A stretch of 60,296 bases of DNA from an uncultured Pelagibacteraceae bacterium (GCA_902598595.1 CACKCD010000001.1:1-60296), one strand, 5' to 3'. Positions 8,418 through 18,570 are shown, numbered from the stretch's first letter. Program-made: numbers and translations. The notes: a model not told the origin generated them from the letters alone.

Positions 8418-9115
8418 TGAAAACAAAAATATTTTGTGATATTGCTGACTTTAAGACAATAAAAATCTTTAATAAGCAATCTATTGTTGATGGTTTTACA
8501 ACTAATCCAAGCTTAATGAGATTAGCGGGAGCAAAAAATTATAAAGCTTATTCTTTAAAAATATTAAAAGTTTGTAAAAAAAAACCTATTTCATTTGAAG
8601 TTTTTGCTGACGACCCTAAAGAAATGCTCAAACAAGCATATAAAATAAATACTTGGGGAAGAAACGTTTATGTTAAAATACCAGTTGTTAATTCTAAAGG
8701 TATATATATGGGCCGAGTCATAAAAGAACTCAGTAGCAAGGGTATAAAATTAAACATAACTGCTGTCTATACTTACGAACAAACAAAAAGAATTTATAGA
8801 AGTCTAGATAAAAAAACAAAATCAATTATATCTATTTTTGCTGGAAGAATGGCTGATAAAGGCAAAGATCCTCTTCCAATATTTAAAAAAAGCATTTCTC
8901 TAACTAAAAAAAATAAAAATATTGAAATACTTTGGGCAAGCACCAGAGAAGCATATAACTATACTCAAGCTAAACAATTAAAATGTAATATTATTACAAT
9001 GCCTCCAAAAGTTATCAATCAGATAAGCTCTTTTGGTAAAAGCTATAGAGCAATGACTTTAGATACGGTTAAAGGTTTTTTAATTGACAGTAAAAAATCT
9101 AAATTTAAAATTTAA
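8417..9115 (+). CDS. tal: Transaldolase (small type)
   Basis: GFTTNPSL, VYVKIP (Schiff-base Lys), SIFAGR and LWASTRE. Confidence 0.9.
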   Translation: MKTKIFCDIADFKTIKIFNKQSIVDGFTTNPSLMRLAGAKNYKAYSLKILKVCKKKPISFEVFADDPKEMLKQAYKINTWGRNVYVKIPVVNSKGIYMGRVIKELSSKGIKLNITAVYTYEQTKRIYRSLDKKTKSIISIFAGRMADKGKDPLPIFKKSISLTKKNKNIEILWASTREAYNYTQAKQLKCNIITMPPKVINQISSFGKSYRAMTLDTVKGFLIDSKKSKFKI

Positions 9116-10929
9116 GAAGCTCTAGACTGTCTTTTTCTTTCGTGAGGATTTAAAATTAATTTTCTCAATCTGCAAGATTTTGGTGTAATTTCAAGCGCTT
9201 CATCTGTATTAAGCATTCCCAACTGTTCTGCTATTGCCATTTTTCTAACTGGAGTTAAAACAACATTTTCATCTGTTCCTTGTGTTCTCATATTAGTAAG
9301 TTTTTTTCCTTTCATTACATTTATCTCTAGGTCTCCGCTCTTGGATGCTAAACCAACAATCATACCTTCATACACAGGGTCATTATGAGTTACAAACATT
9401 TCTCCTCTTGCTTGAAGATTAAAAATAGCAAATGCAACGGCTTTTCCCTTTTCCATAGAAATTAAAGCTCCATTTCTTCTTCCCTCCATATCTCCAGAAT
9501 ACTCTCCATAAGAGTGAAAGATTCTATTAATCACTCCAGTACCTTTAGTTAGTGTTAAAAATCTACTTGTATATCCCATTAAACCCCTAGTAGGTGCATG
9601 AAAGATTAATCTTTTTTTATTTTTACCTGTATCTTTTAACTCAACGAGTTTCCCCTTTCTTCTATTCATTGAGTCTATTATTTTAGAGGAAAATTCTTCA
9701 TCAAGGTCCATTGTAATTTCTTCTAAAGGTTCTAATTTTTTCCCCTCTTTATCTTTTTGAAATAATACTTTCGGAGGACTAACAGTCATTTCAAATCCTT
9801 CTCTTCTCATTTGAGTAAGTAAAATTTCTAACATTAATTCTCCACGACCACTTATAATAAAAGCATCTTTATTTTCATTTTCGTCAAAAGATATTCCAAC
9901 ATTATTCTCTGCCTCTAAAATCAATCTTTCTCTAATTTGTGTACTAGTTAGCTTTTTTCCCTCTGTTCCGGCAAGAGGAGAGCTATTAACAGTAATAGTT
10001 ATAGACATTGTTGGAGGATCAATTGGGGTAGCGTCTATAGGTTCATTTATTTCTAAATCACAAATCGTATCAGCAACATTTGCTTTTTCCAAACCGGCTA
10101 TTATAACAATATCTCCTGCTTCTCCAGTTTCAATCGGTACTTTTTTGGTTCCTTCATATCTAAAAATTTTTGTTAGTCTTCCCTCATCAATTTTTTCTCC
10201 TTTAAGATTTATTGCTTTAATTTGTTGATTGGCTTTAGCAGTTCCTTGCGCAATTCTGCCAATTAAACTTCTACCTAAAAAACTGTCAGCATAAAGTAAG
10301 GTTGATAACATTGCAAAAGGCTTTGTTTTATCTAAGGCAGCTGGGTTTACTTTTTCAATTATTAAATCTAATAAAGGATGTAAATTTTCTCTAGGACCAT
10401 CTATTTCTTTACTAGCCCAACCCGATCTACCACTTGCATATAATACAGGAAAATCTAGTTGTTCTTCATTAGCATCTAAGCTTACAAATAAATCAAATGT
10501 TTCATCTAGAACTTCACTAGCTCTTTGATCCGTTTTGTCTAATTTATTAATTACAACAATTGGCTTTAAGCCTTGTTTTAGTGCTTTGGATAATACAAAT
10601 TTTGTTTGTGGCATTACCCCTTCTGCAGAATCTATTAATAACAAAGCGCCATCAGCCATATGTAAAACTCTCTCTACTTCAGCGGCAAAATCTCTATGTC
10701 CCGGGGTGTCTATAATATTTATTCTAGAATTTTTCCAATTTATTGAGGTTGGCTTTGCTAAAATTGTAATTCCTCTCTCTTTTTCAAGCTCACCAGAATC
10801 CATGACTCTTTCTTCAACAACTTCATTGTCTCTAAATAAACCACTTTGTTTCATTAAATTATCAATTAAAGTTGTTTTGCCATGATCCACGTGGGCAATA
10901 ATAGTTATGTTTCTGATTGTATTTTTCAT
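9112..10929 (-). CDS. typA: Translational GTPase TypA/BipA
   Basis: AHVDHGKTT, ERGITI, DTPGH, GRGEL and KKLTNMR. Confidence 0.97.
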   Translation of the reverse strand: MKNTIRNITIIAHVDHGKTTLIDNLMKQSGLFRDNEVVEERVMDSGELEKERGITILAKPTSINWKNSRINIIDTPGHRDFAAEVERVLHMADGALLLIDSAEGVMPQTKFVLSKALKQGLKPIVVINKLDKTDQRASEVLDETFDLFVSLDANEEQLDFPVLYASGRSGWASKEIDGPRENLHPLLDLIIEKVNPAALDKTKPFAMLSTLLYADSFLGRSLIGRIAQGTAKANQQIKAINLKGEKIDEGRLTKIFRYEGTKKVPIETGEAGDIVIIAGLEKANVADTICDLEINEPIDATPIDPPTMSITITVNSSPLAGTEGKKLTSTQIRERLILEAENNVGISFDENENKDAFIISGRGELMLEILLTQMRREGFEMTVSPPKVLFQKDKEGKKLEPLEEITMDLDEEFSSKIIDSMNRRKGKLVELKDTGKNKKRLIFHAPTRGLMGYTSRFLTLTKGTGVINRIFHSYGEYSGDMEGRRNGALISMEKGKAVAFAIFNLQARGEMFVTHNDPVYEGMIVGLASKSGDLEINVMKGKKLTNMRTQGTDENVVLTPVRKMAIAEQLGMLNTDEALEITPKSCRLRKLILNPHERKRQSRAS

Positions 10930-10933
10930 TTTT

Positions 10934-11010
<77 letters not shown>

Positions 11011-11015
11011 CTGAA

Positions 11016-11219
11016 TTACAATTTTTTAATGTTAATTGCTTGGAGTTTATTTTTTTCTTCTTTAATGTCGAATTTTATTTTTTGTTCTTCTTTTAATACT
11101 CTTAGTTTAGATTTTTCTAAAGCTGAAACATGTAAAAAAATATCTTTATTTGTTTCATCATCTGTAATAAACCCATAACCTTTCTTTGAATTAAACCATT
11201 TTACCTTACCTGATGACAT
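11016..11219 (-). CDS. cspA: Cold-shock protein
   Basis: GKVKWFNSKKGYGFI and DIFLHVSAL RNP motifs; ATG at 11219 follows GAGAGG. Confidence 0.93.
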   Translation of the reverse strand: MSSGKVKWFNSKKGYGFITDDETNKDIFLHVSALEKSKLRVLKEEQKIKFDIKEEKNKLQAINIKKL

Positions 11220-11244
11220 TGTTAATCCTCTCATTAAATATAAA

Positions 11245-11439
11245 TTAGTATCTGTTTTTTAATTTCTGAAGTTTCTTAATTCTTTTTATGTTTTCAGTTT
11301 GAACTCTTTTTTTTCTTTCCGAAGGCTTTTCATATGTACTTTTCATTTTCATCACTTTAAAAAAACCTTCTTTTTGAAGCTTTCTCTTCAAAACTCTAAT
11401 TGCTTGTTCAACATTATTATCTTTTACGTCTATTTTAAT
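11245..11439 (-). CDS. rpsU: 30S ribosomal protein S21, apparently starting at ATT
   Basis: Own translation (I)KIDVKDNNVEQAIRVLKRKLQKEGFFKVMKMKSTYEKPSERKKR... 64 aa; GGAGG 5 nt upstream; in-frame TAA five codons upstream; missing from the ORF track. Confidence 0.93.
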   Translation of the reverse strand: MKIDVKDNNVEQAIRVLKRKLQKEGFFKVMKMKSTYEKPSERKKRVQTENIKRIKKLQKLKNRY

Positions 11440-11489
11440 AAAAACCTCCAGTTAATTTTACGTTAGTTATCATTTGCTTCATTAATTGT

Positions 11490-12074
11490 CTACACTGAAG
11501 CTGATTGAGCTTTTTTTTCTTCTCTAATTTTAGCTTTTTTTTCCCTTTCAACTCTTCTTTTTGCTTTTTCCAGACTTTTTTGAAAAGTCTCTTGGGTACA
11601 TAGAGCTAAGATTACTGGATCTCTTGGCTTTAGGTTTGAAAAGTTCCAATAACTTCTTTTTCTAATTAGCGAGACTGTATTTTTTGTACTTCCAACTAAT
11701 TTTGAAATTTGTCCATCAGTTAACTCAGGTGCATTTTTACATAACCATAAAATAGCATCTGGTCTATCTTGCCTCTTTGACAAAGGTGTATATTTAGGTT
11801 TTTTTCGCGCTTTTAATTCAACTTCATCAACTTTTTTTATTAAACTTAATTCTTTCGTCGGATCTTTTGAGCAGATCTCAATTTCATCCCTTGATAGTTG
11901 TCCGGCTAAAATAGGATTATAAGCTTTAATTCCTTTTGCCACATCACCATCAGCAATACCTTTGATCTCAAGTTCATGAAGATTACAAAACTTAGCTATT
12001 TGTTTAAAAGTTAATGTTGTGTTTTCTACTAGCCAAACGGCAGTAGCTTTTGGCATAAATGGCGCTTCAGACAT
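11490..12074 (-). CDS. trcR: DUF1013 family transcription regulator (TrcR-like)
   Basis: MPKATAVWLVENTTLTFKQIA and YTPLSKRQDRPDAILWL. Confidence 0.88.
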   Translation of the reverse strand: MSEAPFMPKATAVWLVENTTLTFKQIAKFCNLHELEIKGIADGDVAKGIKAYNPILAGQLSRDEIEICSKDPTKELSLIKKVDEVELKARKKPKYTPLSKRQDRPDAILWLCKNAPELTDGQISKLVGSTKNTVSLIRKRSYWNFSNLKPRDPVILALCTQETFQKSLEKAKRRVEREKKAKIREEKKAQSASV

Positions 12075-12077
12075 ATT

Positions 12078-12302
12078 TTATTTTTTTGTTCTAAGGTTGC
12101 TAAATTTTTTATTGTATTTACTAACTCTACCTTTATCCAAAATCTTTTGTGCTCCACCAGTCCATGCAAAATGAGACTTAGGATCAATATCTAATTTTAA
12201 AGTATCGTTTTCTTTTCCCCAGGTAGATTTAGTTTCAAATTCACTACCATCAGTCATCACAACTTTAATCTTATGGTAGTCTGGGTGTATGTTTTTTTTC
12301 AT
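12078..12302 (-). CDS. rpmE: 50S ribosomal protein L31 (Cys-free)
   Basis: [10 protein letters not shown] and [14 protein letters not shown]. Confidence 0.96.
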   Translation of the reverse strand: MKKNIHPDYHKIKVVMTDGSEFETKSTWGKENDTLKLDIDPKSHFAWTGGAQKILDKGRVSKYNKKFSNLRTKK

Positions 12303-12330
12303 GAGGCGAGTTTTATATTATTAAAGGTTT

Positions 12331-13131
12331 TTACTCAATATTTTTTTTGATTATAAGTTCGCGTAATTCACTATGAATATTTGAATTTGACGCTAAAATG
12401 TTCTTTTTTAAAGGGGCCTCATCATCAGACTCAAAAAAATCAATAAATCCACCAGCTTCTTTTAAAATTACAATTCCTGCTGCAACGTCCCAATAGTTCA
12501 ATTCTCTTTGCCAATAACCATCAAATCTTCCACAGGCTACGTATGCCATGTCTAAAGCTGCGCTACCGAATTTTCTCACATTAGATACTTGTTTAGATAC
12601 ATTGATGTATTCAGAAAAAATTTTATCCTTTATTTTACTCGCTTGTTTCGGACCTCCAGTAACTAACAATGCATCTTTAATTTTTTTTTTATTTGAGACT
12701 CTTATTCTAGAATTATTTAAATAAGCTCCATTACCTTTTTCAGCACAAAACATTTCGTTCATAATTGGATTAAATATTACCCCACACTTAATTTCATTCT
12801 CTTCTTCGTATCCAACAGAAATTGCAAATTGCGGAATTCCATTTAAAAAATTCATTGTTCCATCTATTGGATCTATAATCCATCTATTTTTAATATTTGA
12901 TTTATTTATCACCCCAGTTTCTTCTGTAATAATTCCATAATCCGGATATGCTTTTTGTAATTCTTCAATTAAAATTTTTTCAGTTCTTTTATCTGCAGAT
13001 GATACAAAATCTCCAGGACCTTTAGTAGAAACTTGTAAATTTTCTATTTCTCCATAATCTCTAATTAGCAATTTTGATGCTTTCATACATGCTTTGGTAA
13101 TAATATTTATTTGAGGAGAATTTAATCTCAT
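12331..13131 (-). CDS. suhB: Inositol monophosphatase SuhB
   Basis: WIIDPIDGTMNF, GSAALD and WDVAAG. Confidence 0.95.
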   Translation of the reverse strand: MRLNSPQINIITKACMKASKLLIRDYGEIENLQVSTKGPGDFVSSADKRTEKILIEELQKAYPDYGIITEETGVINKSNIKNRWIIDPIDGTMNFLNGIPQFAISVGYEEENEIKCGVIFNPIMNEMFCAEKGNGAYLNNSRIRVSNKKKIKDALLVTGGPKQASKIKDKIFSEYINVSKQVSNVRKFGSAALDMAYVACGRFDGYWQRELNYWDVAAGIVILKEAGGFIDFFESDDEAPLKKNILASNSNIHSELRELIIKKNIE

Positions 13132-13694
13132 TAACTAACTCTTTTCACATATTCTAAAGTGCGAGTATCAACTATAATTTTTTCACCACTTTCAATAAAA
13201 GGTGGAACATCTATTTTAATTCCGCAATCTAATAAAGCTGGTTTATAAGAAGAAGATGCTGTTTGATTTTTAATTGCTGCATCAGTACTTTCTATAGTGC
13301 ATTCTATATTGTTTGGAAGGTTAATCGAGATAGGTTTTTCTTCCATGAAGGAAATTGTAACTTCGAGATTTTCTTTTAACAGCTTATAGCTTTCTCCTGT
13401 AATAGATTTTGGAATTTCTACTTGTTCAAAAGTTTCATTGTCCATAAAATGGCAAGTTTCACCATCAATATATAAAAAATTGAATTTTTTTTCATCCACT
13501 TCAGCCTTTTCAACTGTTTCGCTTGACCTAAATCTTTCGTTTAACTTGGTACCTTTAATTAAACTTTTTAATTCTACTTGGTTAAAAGCTCCTCCTTTTC
13601 CAGGCTTGACGTGCTGAGTTTTAAGAACATTCCAATAATCATTCTTATGTTCAATTATCATTCCCGGTTTTATTTCTATAGCAGTTATTTTCAT
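13131..13694 (-). CDS. efp: Elongation factor P
   Basis: HVKPGKGGAF and VPPFIESGEKIIVDTR. Confidence 0.97.
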   Translation of the reverse strand: MKITAIEIKPGMIIEHKNDYWNVLKTQHVKPGKGGAFNQVELKSLIKGTKLNERFRSSETVEKAEVDEKKFNFLYIDGETCHFMDNETFEQVEIPKSITGESYKLLKENLEVTISFMEEKPISINLPNNIECTIESTDAAIKNQTASSSYKPALLDCGIKIDVPPFIESGEKIIVDTRTLEYVKRVS

Positions 13695-14293
13695 TTTAAC
13701 TTTCTAATTGCAATTTCTGGTTTTAATTTTGGGTTATCCCAAATATAACTTGATAATGCAATATAATTTGCACCCGATTTAATAAATTTTTTATAATTTG
13801 AACTGTTGATACCACCGATTGCTACGATTGGTTTTTTGATATTTCTTTGTGCCCACTTTAAAATATTAACGTTTGCCTTTTTTGCTTTTGGCTTTAGCTT
13901 TGATTTATTAAAAGAACCAAAAGCCAAATAATCAGCTTTATTTTTTAATGCAATTTTAGCTAAAGATTTTGAATTATGACAAGTTATTCCAACAATTTTT
14001 TTTTTAAGATATTTCCTGGCATTCAAAATTGAACCATCTGTTTGACCTAAGTGACAACCGTCGGCGCTAGTAATTTTTGCAAGATAGGGATTATCATTAA
14101 CTATAAGTTTTACTTTATATTTTTTTGTAATTTTTCTAATTTCTTTTGCAATTTTAATATGCTTATTATTTTTTGTATTTTTTAATCTTAGCTGAAAAAA
14201 TTTTACATTTTTAGCTGACAAAACTTTACTTAAATCGTTATAAAAATTATTACTAATTTTTTTTGGAGAGATTAAATATACAAATTTTCTCAA
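13691..14293 (-). CDS. thiE: Thiamine-phosphate synthase
   Basis: FQLRLK, IVNDN, GCHLGQTD and VAIGGI; start at TTG 14293 is uncertain. Confidence 0.88.
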   Translation of the reverse strand: MRKFVYLISPKKISNNFYNDLSKVLSAKNVKFFQLRLKNTKNNKHIKIAKEIRKITKKYKVKLIVNDNPYLAKITSADGCHLGQTDGSILNARKYLKKKIVGITCHNSKSLAKIALKNKADYLAFGSFNKSKLKPKAKKANVNILKWAQRNIKKPIVAIGGINSSNYKKFIKSGANYIALSSYIWDNPKLKPEIAIRKLK

Positions 14294-14298
14294 TTTTT

Positions 14299-15315
14299 TT
14301 AAGCTGCAGCTTCTTTCTCTAAATTTTCTGACCATTCGCCTTTAGAAGACAGTCCGTTCATTTTTGCTCTGTGATCAAAGGCTTTTTGAATGTTGTTTTG
14401 ATTATTCTGGTTTTTTCCAAATTCTTTTAGAGCACTTGCTTGCAAACCTCTGCCATAAGAGAAAGTGATTAAAAAATTTGTATCATTAATCTTATTAATC
14501 TCATTCAGGTTTTTACTAGACTCTACTTCTGACTGTCCTCCAGATAAAAAAGCAATTCCAGTTACTTCTCTTGGAACGTTCTTTTTAAGACAATCTAATG
14601 TTTTTTTTGCAATTTCCTCAGAACTTGATTTTTTTTTTGAGTTTGAACCAGGAATAACCATATTTGGTTTTAAAACTGTTCCTTTCAAATCTATTTTATG
14701 AATTGCAAGTTCATTATAACACTCATTTAATACGTTGGTTGTTATTTGGTAACATTTGTCAATATCATGAGTTCCATCCATTAGAACTTCTGGTTCTATT
14801 ATTGGCACCATTTTTGCTTCTTGCACAAGTGCTGCGTATCTAGCTAGAGCATGAGCATTTGATTTTATTGATTGAGATGATGGAAATTTATCTCCAATTT
14901 TATAAACTGCTCTCCACTTGGTAAATCTTGCACCAAGGTCGTAGTATTCTTTTAACCTCTCTCTCAGACCATCCAAACCTTCAGTTACGGTTTCATCTGG
15001 TGATCCAGCCAAAGGTTTTGCGCCTTTATCTACTTTAATACCTGGAATTGCGTTATTTTTAGCAATTAGTTCTGGTATAGTTGGTCCAAGCGTAGTTTTT
15101 TGTTTTATAGTCTCGTCAAAAAGAATAACTCCACCAATATATTTTTTCATAGCTTCAGAACTAAAAAGAGTTTGTCTAAAAACCAATCTATTTTTTTCAG
15201 TATTTTCAACGTTTATACTTTTAAATCTTTTTGCTATTGTGCCGGTGCTTTCATCAGCTGCAAGTATTCCTTTACCTTTAGCACACATTTTTTTTGCAAT
15301 TTCTTCTAATGTCAT
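14299..15315 (-). CDS. fbaB: Class I fructose-bisphosphate aldolase
   Basis: GILAADESTGT, KWRAV, VPIIEPEV, FLSGGQS and FSYGR. Confidence 0.96.
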   Translation of the reverse strand: MTLEEIAKKMCAKGKGILAADESTGTIAKRFKSINVENTEKNRLVFRQTLFSSEAMKKYIGGVILFDETIKQKTTLGPTIPELIAKNNAIPGIKVDKGAKPLAGSPDETVTEGLDGLRERLKEYYDLGARFTKWRAVYKIGDKFPSSQSIKSNAHALARYAALVQEAKMVPIIEPEVLMDGTHDIDKCYQITTNVLNECYNELAIHKIDLKGTVLKPNMVIPGSNSKKKSSSEEIAKKTLDCLKKNVPREVTGIAFLSGGQSEVESSKNLNEINKINDTNFLITFSYGRGLQASALKEFGKNQNNQNNIQKAFDHRAKMNGLSSKGEWSENLEKEAAA

Positions 15316-15325
15316 AGCCAGATAT

Positions 15326-16516
15326 TTATTTTAAAACATTAAGGCCGGGCAAGTCTTTTCCTTCAAGAAATTCTAAAAATGCACCACCTGCTGTTGATAA
15401 GTGTGTAAAAACAAATTTATTGCTACTTTTATTAATTGCTGCAATGGTATCTCCTCCGCCAAGCACTGATACAAGAGATTTTTTAGTTGTATTCTCAGAA
15501 ATCTTTTTTGCTATTGCCATGGTGCCAATAGAAAACTGTTCATTCTCAAAATATCCAGCTGGACCATTCCATAAGACCGTTTTAGATTCATCTATAATAC
15601 TCTCAATATTTTTAATTGTTTTTGGTCCAATATCTAAGATTATTTCGTCTTCCTCAACAAGGTTTAGTTTTTTTGTTTTTCCAGAACCATCAAAATTAGT
15701 TGAAACATTACCATCTTCAGGAATAACAATATTACAATTATATTTTTTAGCTTTATCATATATATCATCAATTATTTCTTTAGATTTTTTTTCTATTAGC
15801 GATTTTCCAACTTTAAAACCTTTGAAAGTTAAAAAATTATTTGCCATAGCTCCCACAATTACAATGTTGTTTACATTTTTTATTAAATTAGTAATTACAT
15901 TGATTTTTGTTGAAATTTTTGAACCTCCAATAATGCAGGTAACTGGCTCTTTTTTATTTTCAATAATTGTATTTATTGCTGTTATTTCTTTTTTTAAAAG
16001 TGGGCCTGCATAAGACTCATTTATATATTTTGTAATTTTATGAATAGAAGCTTGTTTTCTGTGCGAACATGAGAAAGCATCATTAATATAAATATCACCA
16101 AGTGAGGCAAGTTTTTTTGCAAAATTATCATCATTTTCACTTTCCCCTTTAAAAAATCTAATATTTTCTAATAAAATAATTTCACTTTCTTTTAGGTAAG
16201 AAAATTTACTTTTTGTATCTTCATTAATATCTCCCATAAAAAAATATACATTTGTTTCTAGTTGTTCTTTTAAAAATTTATATATTGGAGTAAGAGACAA
16301 TTTATTATTCTTCACACCTTTTGGTCTTCCTAAATGGCTTATAATAATTATCTTCGCTTTTTTTTTTATTAATCCTTTTAAAAAAGGTAAGATTGACAAA
16401 ATTCTGCTTGTGTCTTGAATTTTTTTTTCAATTAATGGAACGTTTAAATCAAGTCTAAGAATTATTGTTTTACTCTGAACATCTAGATTTTCAGAAAAAT
16501 ATTTTATTTTACTCAT
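15326..16516 (-). CDS. pgk: Phosphoglycerate kinase
   Basis: RLDLNVP, SHLGRP, LLENIRF and STAGGAFLEFLEG. Confidence 0.97.
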   Translation of the reverse strand: MSKIKYFSENLDVQSKTIILRLDLNVPLIEKKIQDTSRILSILPFLKGLIKKKAKIIIISHLGRPKGVKNNKLSLTPIYKFLKEQLETNVYFFMGDINEDTKSKFSYLKESEIILLENIRFFKGESENDDNFAKKLASLGDIYINDAFSCSHRKQASIHKITKYINESYAGPLLKKEITAINTIIENKKEPVTCIIGGSKISTKINVITNLIKNVNNIVIVGAMANNFLTFKGFKVGKSLIEKKSKEIIDDIYDKAKKYNCNIVIPEDGNVSTNFDGSGKTKKLNLVEEDEIILDIGPKTIKNIESIIDESKTVLWNGPAGYFENEQFSIGTMAIAKKISENTTKKSLVSVLGGGDTIAAINKSSNKFVFTHLSTAGGAFLEFLEGKDLPGLNVLK

Positions 16517-16527
16517 TTAAATCGTGT

Positions 16528-18510
16528 CTATTTTCTAAGACTTTCTTGAATAGTGGCTACTATTTTTTCTACTGACAAATTCAGATGTTCGTATATTTTT
16601 TTATAAGGAGCGCTTTCACCAAATCTATCAATACCTATTGATATACCATTACGACCTAAATATTTTTTCCATGAAGATACATTCCCAGCCTCAATTGTAA
16701 CAATTAATGTCTCTTCATCTAGAATATCTTTTTTAAATTCGTCAGATTGTTTATCAAAAAGTTCTTGACATGGCATCGAAACTACTTTTGCTTCAATATT
16801 ATTTGCTTTTAGTGAATCGCACACATTTAAAGCTAGCTCAACCTCTGATCCAGAAGCAACTAATGTCACTTTGCTGTTATGGGAAGTCATCTTTACTATG
16901 TAAGCTCCATTTTCGCATTTATTATCTTCTGAAAATTTTGGATTAATGTAAGGTAATTTTTGTCTAGATAAAGCAATTGCACTAGGTGTATTTTTATTTT
17001 TTAAAGCAATTTCCCAACATTCAAGAGTTTCATTCATATCTGCTGGACGAAATACATTAAGATTCGGAATAGCTCTTAAACCATTCAACTGCTCTATTGG
17101 TTGATGAGTTGGACCATCTTCACCAAGCCCAATAGAGTCATGAGAGAAAATATAAATTACTCTCAAACCCATTAAAGCTGCAAGCCTTATTGATGGTTTA
17201 CAATAATCTGAAAAAATTAAAAAAGTTCCTCCGTAAGGAATTAATCCACTATATAATGCTAATCCGTTCATGACTGCAGCCATCCCATGTTCTCGAACAC
17301 CATAATGAATATAATTTCCATCAAAATTTTTTGAGCTTATTACTTTAGAATTATTTGTTTTTGTATTGTTTGATCCACTAAGGTCTGCTGATCCACCAAT
17401 TAATTGGGGCAAAATACTAGAAATACTTTCTATAGCAGCCGATGAACATTGCCTTGTTGCCATGCTTGGTTTTGAATCAAAAAATTTTGTTTTTTCTCTT
17501 TTAATTAAATTTTTAAGATCTTTTAAATCCGACTCAATAAACGAGCCTTTTAAAGATAATTTAATATTTGAGCTTTTTTTGTCTAATGTTTCTAGCCATT
17601 TTTTTTCTAATTGAATTCCCTTTTCACCAATCTCTCTCCAAGCATTTAAAATATTTTTAGAGATTTCAAATGGCTTATTATTCCATTTTAGTTTTTTTCG
17701 TACCAAGGCAATTTCCTCATCACCCAAAGGAGAACCATGCGATGAAGCTTTTCCAGATTTATTTGGAGATCCAAATCCAATTATAGTTTTGCACGATATT
17801 ATACTAGGCTTATTAGCTTTAGATGCTCTTGTTATTGCTTTTGAAATTTGTTTTTCGTTATGACCATTAACTTCTAAAAAATTCCATCCATAACTTTCAA
17901 ATCTTTTTTTGTAATTATCTGAAACACTTAATGAGGTAGAACCATCAATTGAAATTTTATTATTATCAAAAAAAACAATTAAGTTTTTAAGCTTCAGATG
18001 ACCTGCTAAACTCATAACTTCATGGCTAATTCCTTCCATAATATCACCATCACTTGCGATTACATATGTTTTGTTATTAATTAAAGCAGGTCCAAATTTT
18101 TTTCTTAATATCTCTTCAGCAATAGCCATTCCAACAGCATTGCCAAGACCTTGTCCCAAGGGTCCTGTGGTAGTTTCAATTCCAGTGCCTCTTTTATATT
18201 CTGGATGACCTGCACAAATTGAATTTAATTGTCTAAAATTTTTTATGTCTTCAAGTGAAACACTTTCATACCCAGTTAAGTGAAGCAATGAATATAAAAG
18301 CATCGAACCATGTCCAGCCGATAAAATAAATCTATCACGATTGATCCAATTAGGATTTTTTGGATTAAACCTGAGGTGGTATTTAAATAGAACAGTAGCA
18401 ACATCCGCCATACCCATTGGCATACCAGGATGACCAGAATTAGCTTTCTGAACAGCGTCGATTGATAAAAATCTTATCGCATTAGATAATTGATTAAATT
18501 TTACGTTCAC
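16528..18510 (-). CDS. tkt: Transketolase
   Basis: SGHPGMPMG, TTGPLGQG, YGVREHGM and GEDGPTHQP. Confidence 0.98.
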   Translation of the reverse strand: MNVKFNQLSNAIRFLSIDAVQKANSGHPGMPMGMADVATVLFKYHLRFNPKNPNWINRDRFILSAGHGSMLLYSLLHLTGYESVSLEDIKNFRQLNSICAGHPEYKRGTGIETTTGPLGQGLGNAVGMAIAEEILRKKFGPALINNKTYVIASDGDIMEGISHEVMSLAGHLKLKNLIVFFDNNKISIDGSTSLSVSDNYKKRFESYGWNFLEVNGHNEKQISKAITRASKANKPSIISCKTIIGFGSPNKSGKASSHGSPLGDEEIALVRKKLKWNNKPFEISKNILNAWREIGEKGIQLEKKWLETLDKKSSNIKLSLKGSFIESDLKDLKNLIKREKTKFFDSKPSMATRQCSSAAIESISSILPQLIGGSADLSGSNNTKTNNSKVISSKNFDGNYIHYGVREHGMAAVMNGLALYSGLIPYGGTFLIFSDYCKPSIRLAALMGLRVIYIFSHDSIGLGEDGPTHQPIEQLNGLRAIPNLNVFRPADMNETLECWEIALKNKNTPSAIALSRQKLPYINPKFSEDNKCENGAYIVKMTSHNSKVTLVASGSEVELALNVCDSLKANNIEAKVVSMPCQELFDKQSDEFKKDILDEETLIVTIEAGNVSSWKKYLGRNGISIGIDRFGESAPYKKIYEHLNLSVEKIVATIQESLRK

Positions 18511-18570
18511 AGTTAAATTACCTATATAGACTTAAACTAAGTATATCAATAATATGATATAAAAAAAATT

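Noticed and set aside
15420-16013. 197-aa ORF antisense to pgk
   Set aside because: Shadow ORF with no recognisable motif or translation signals
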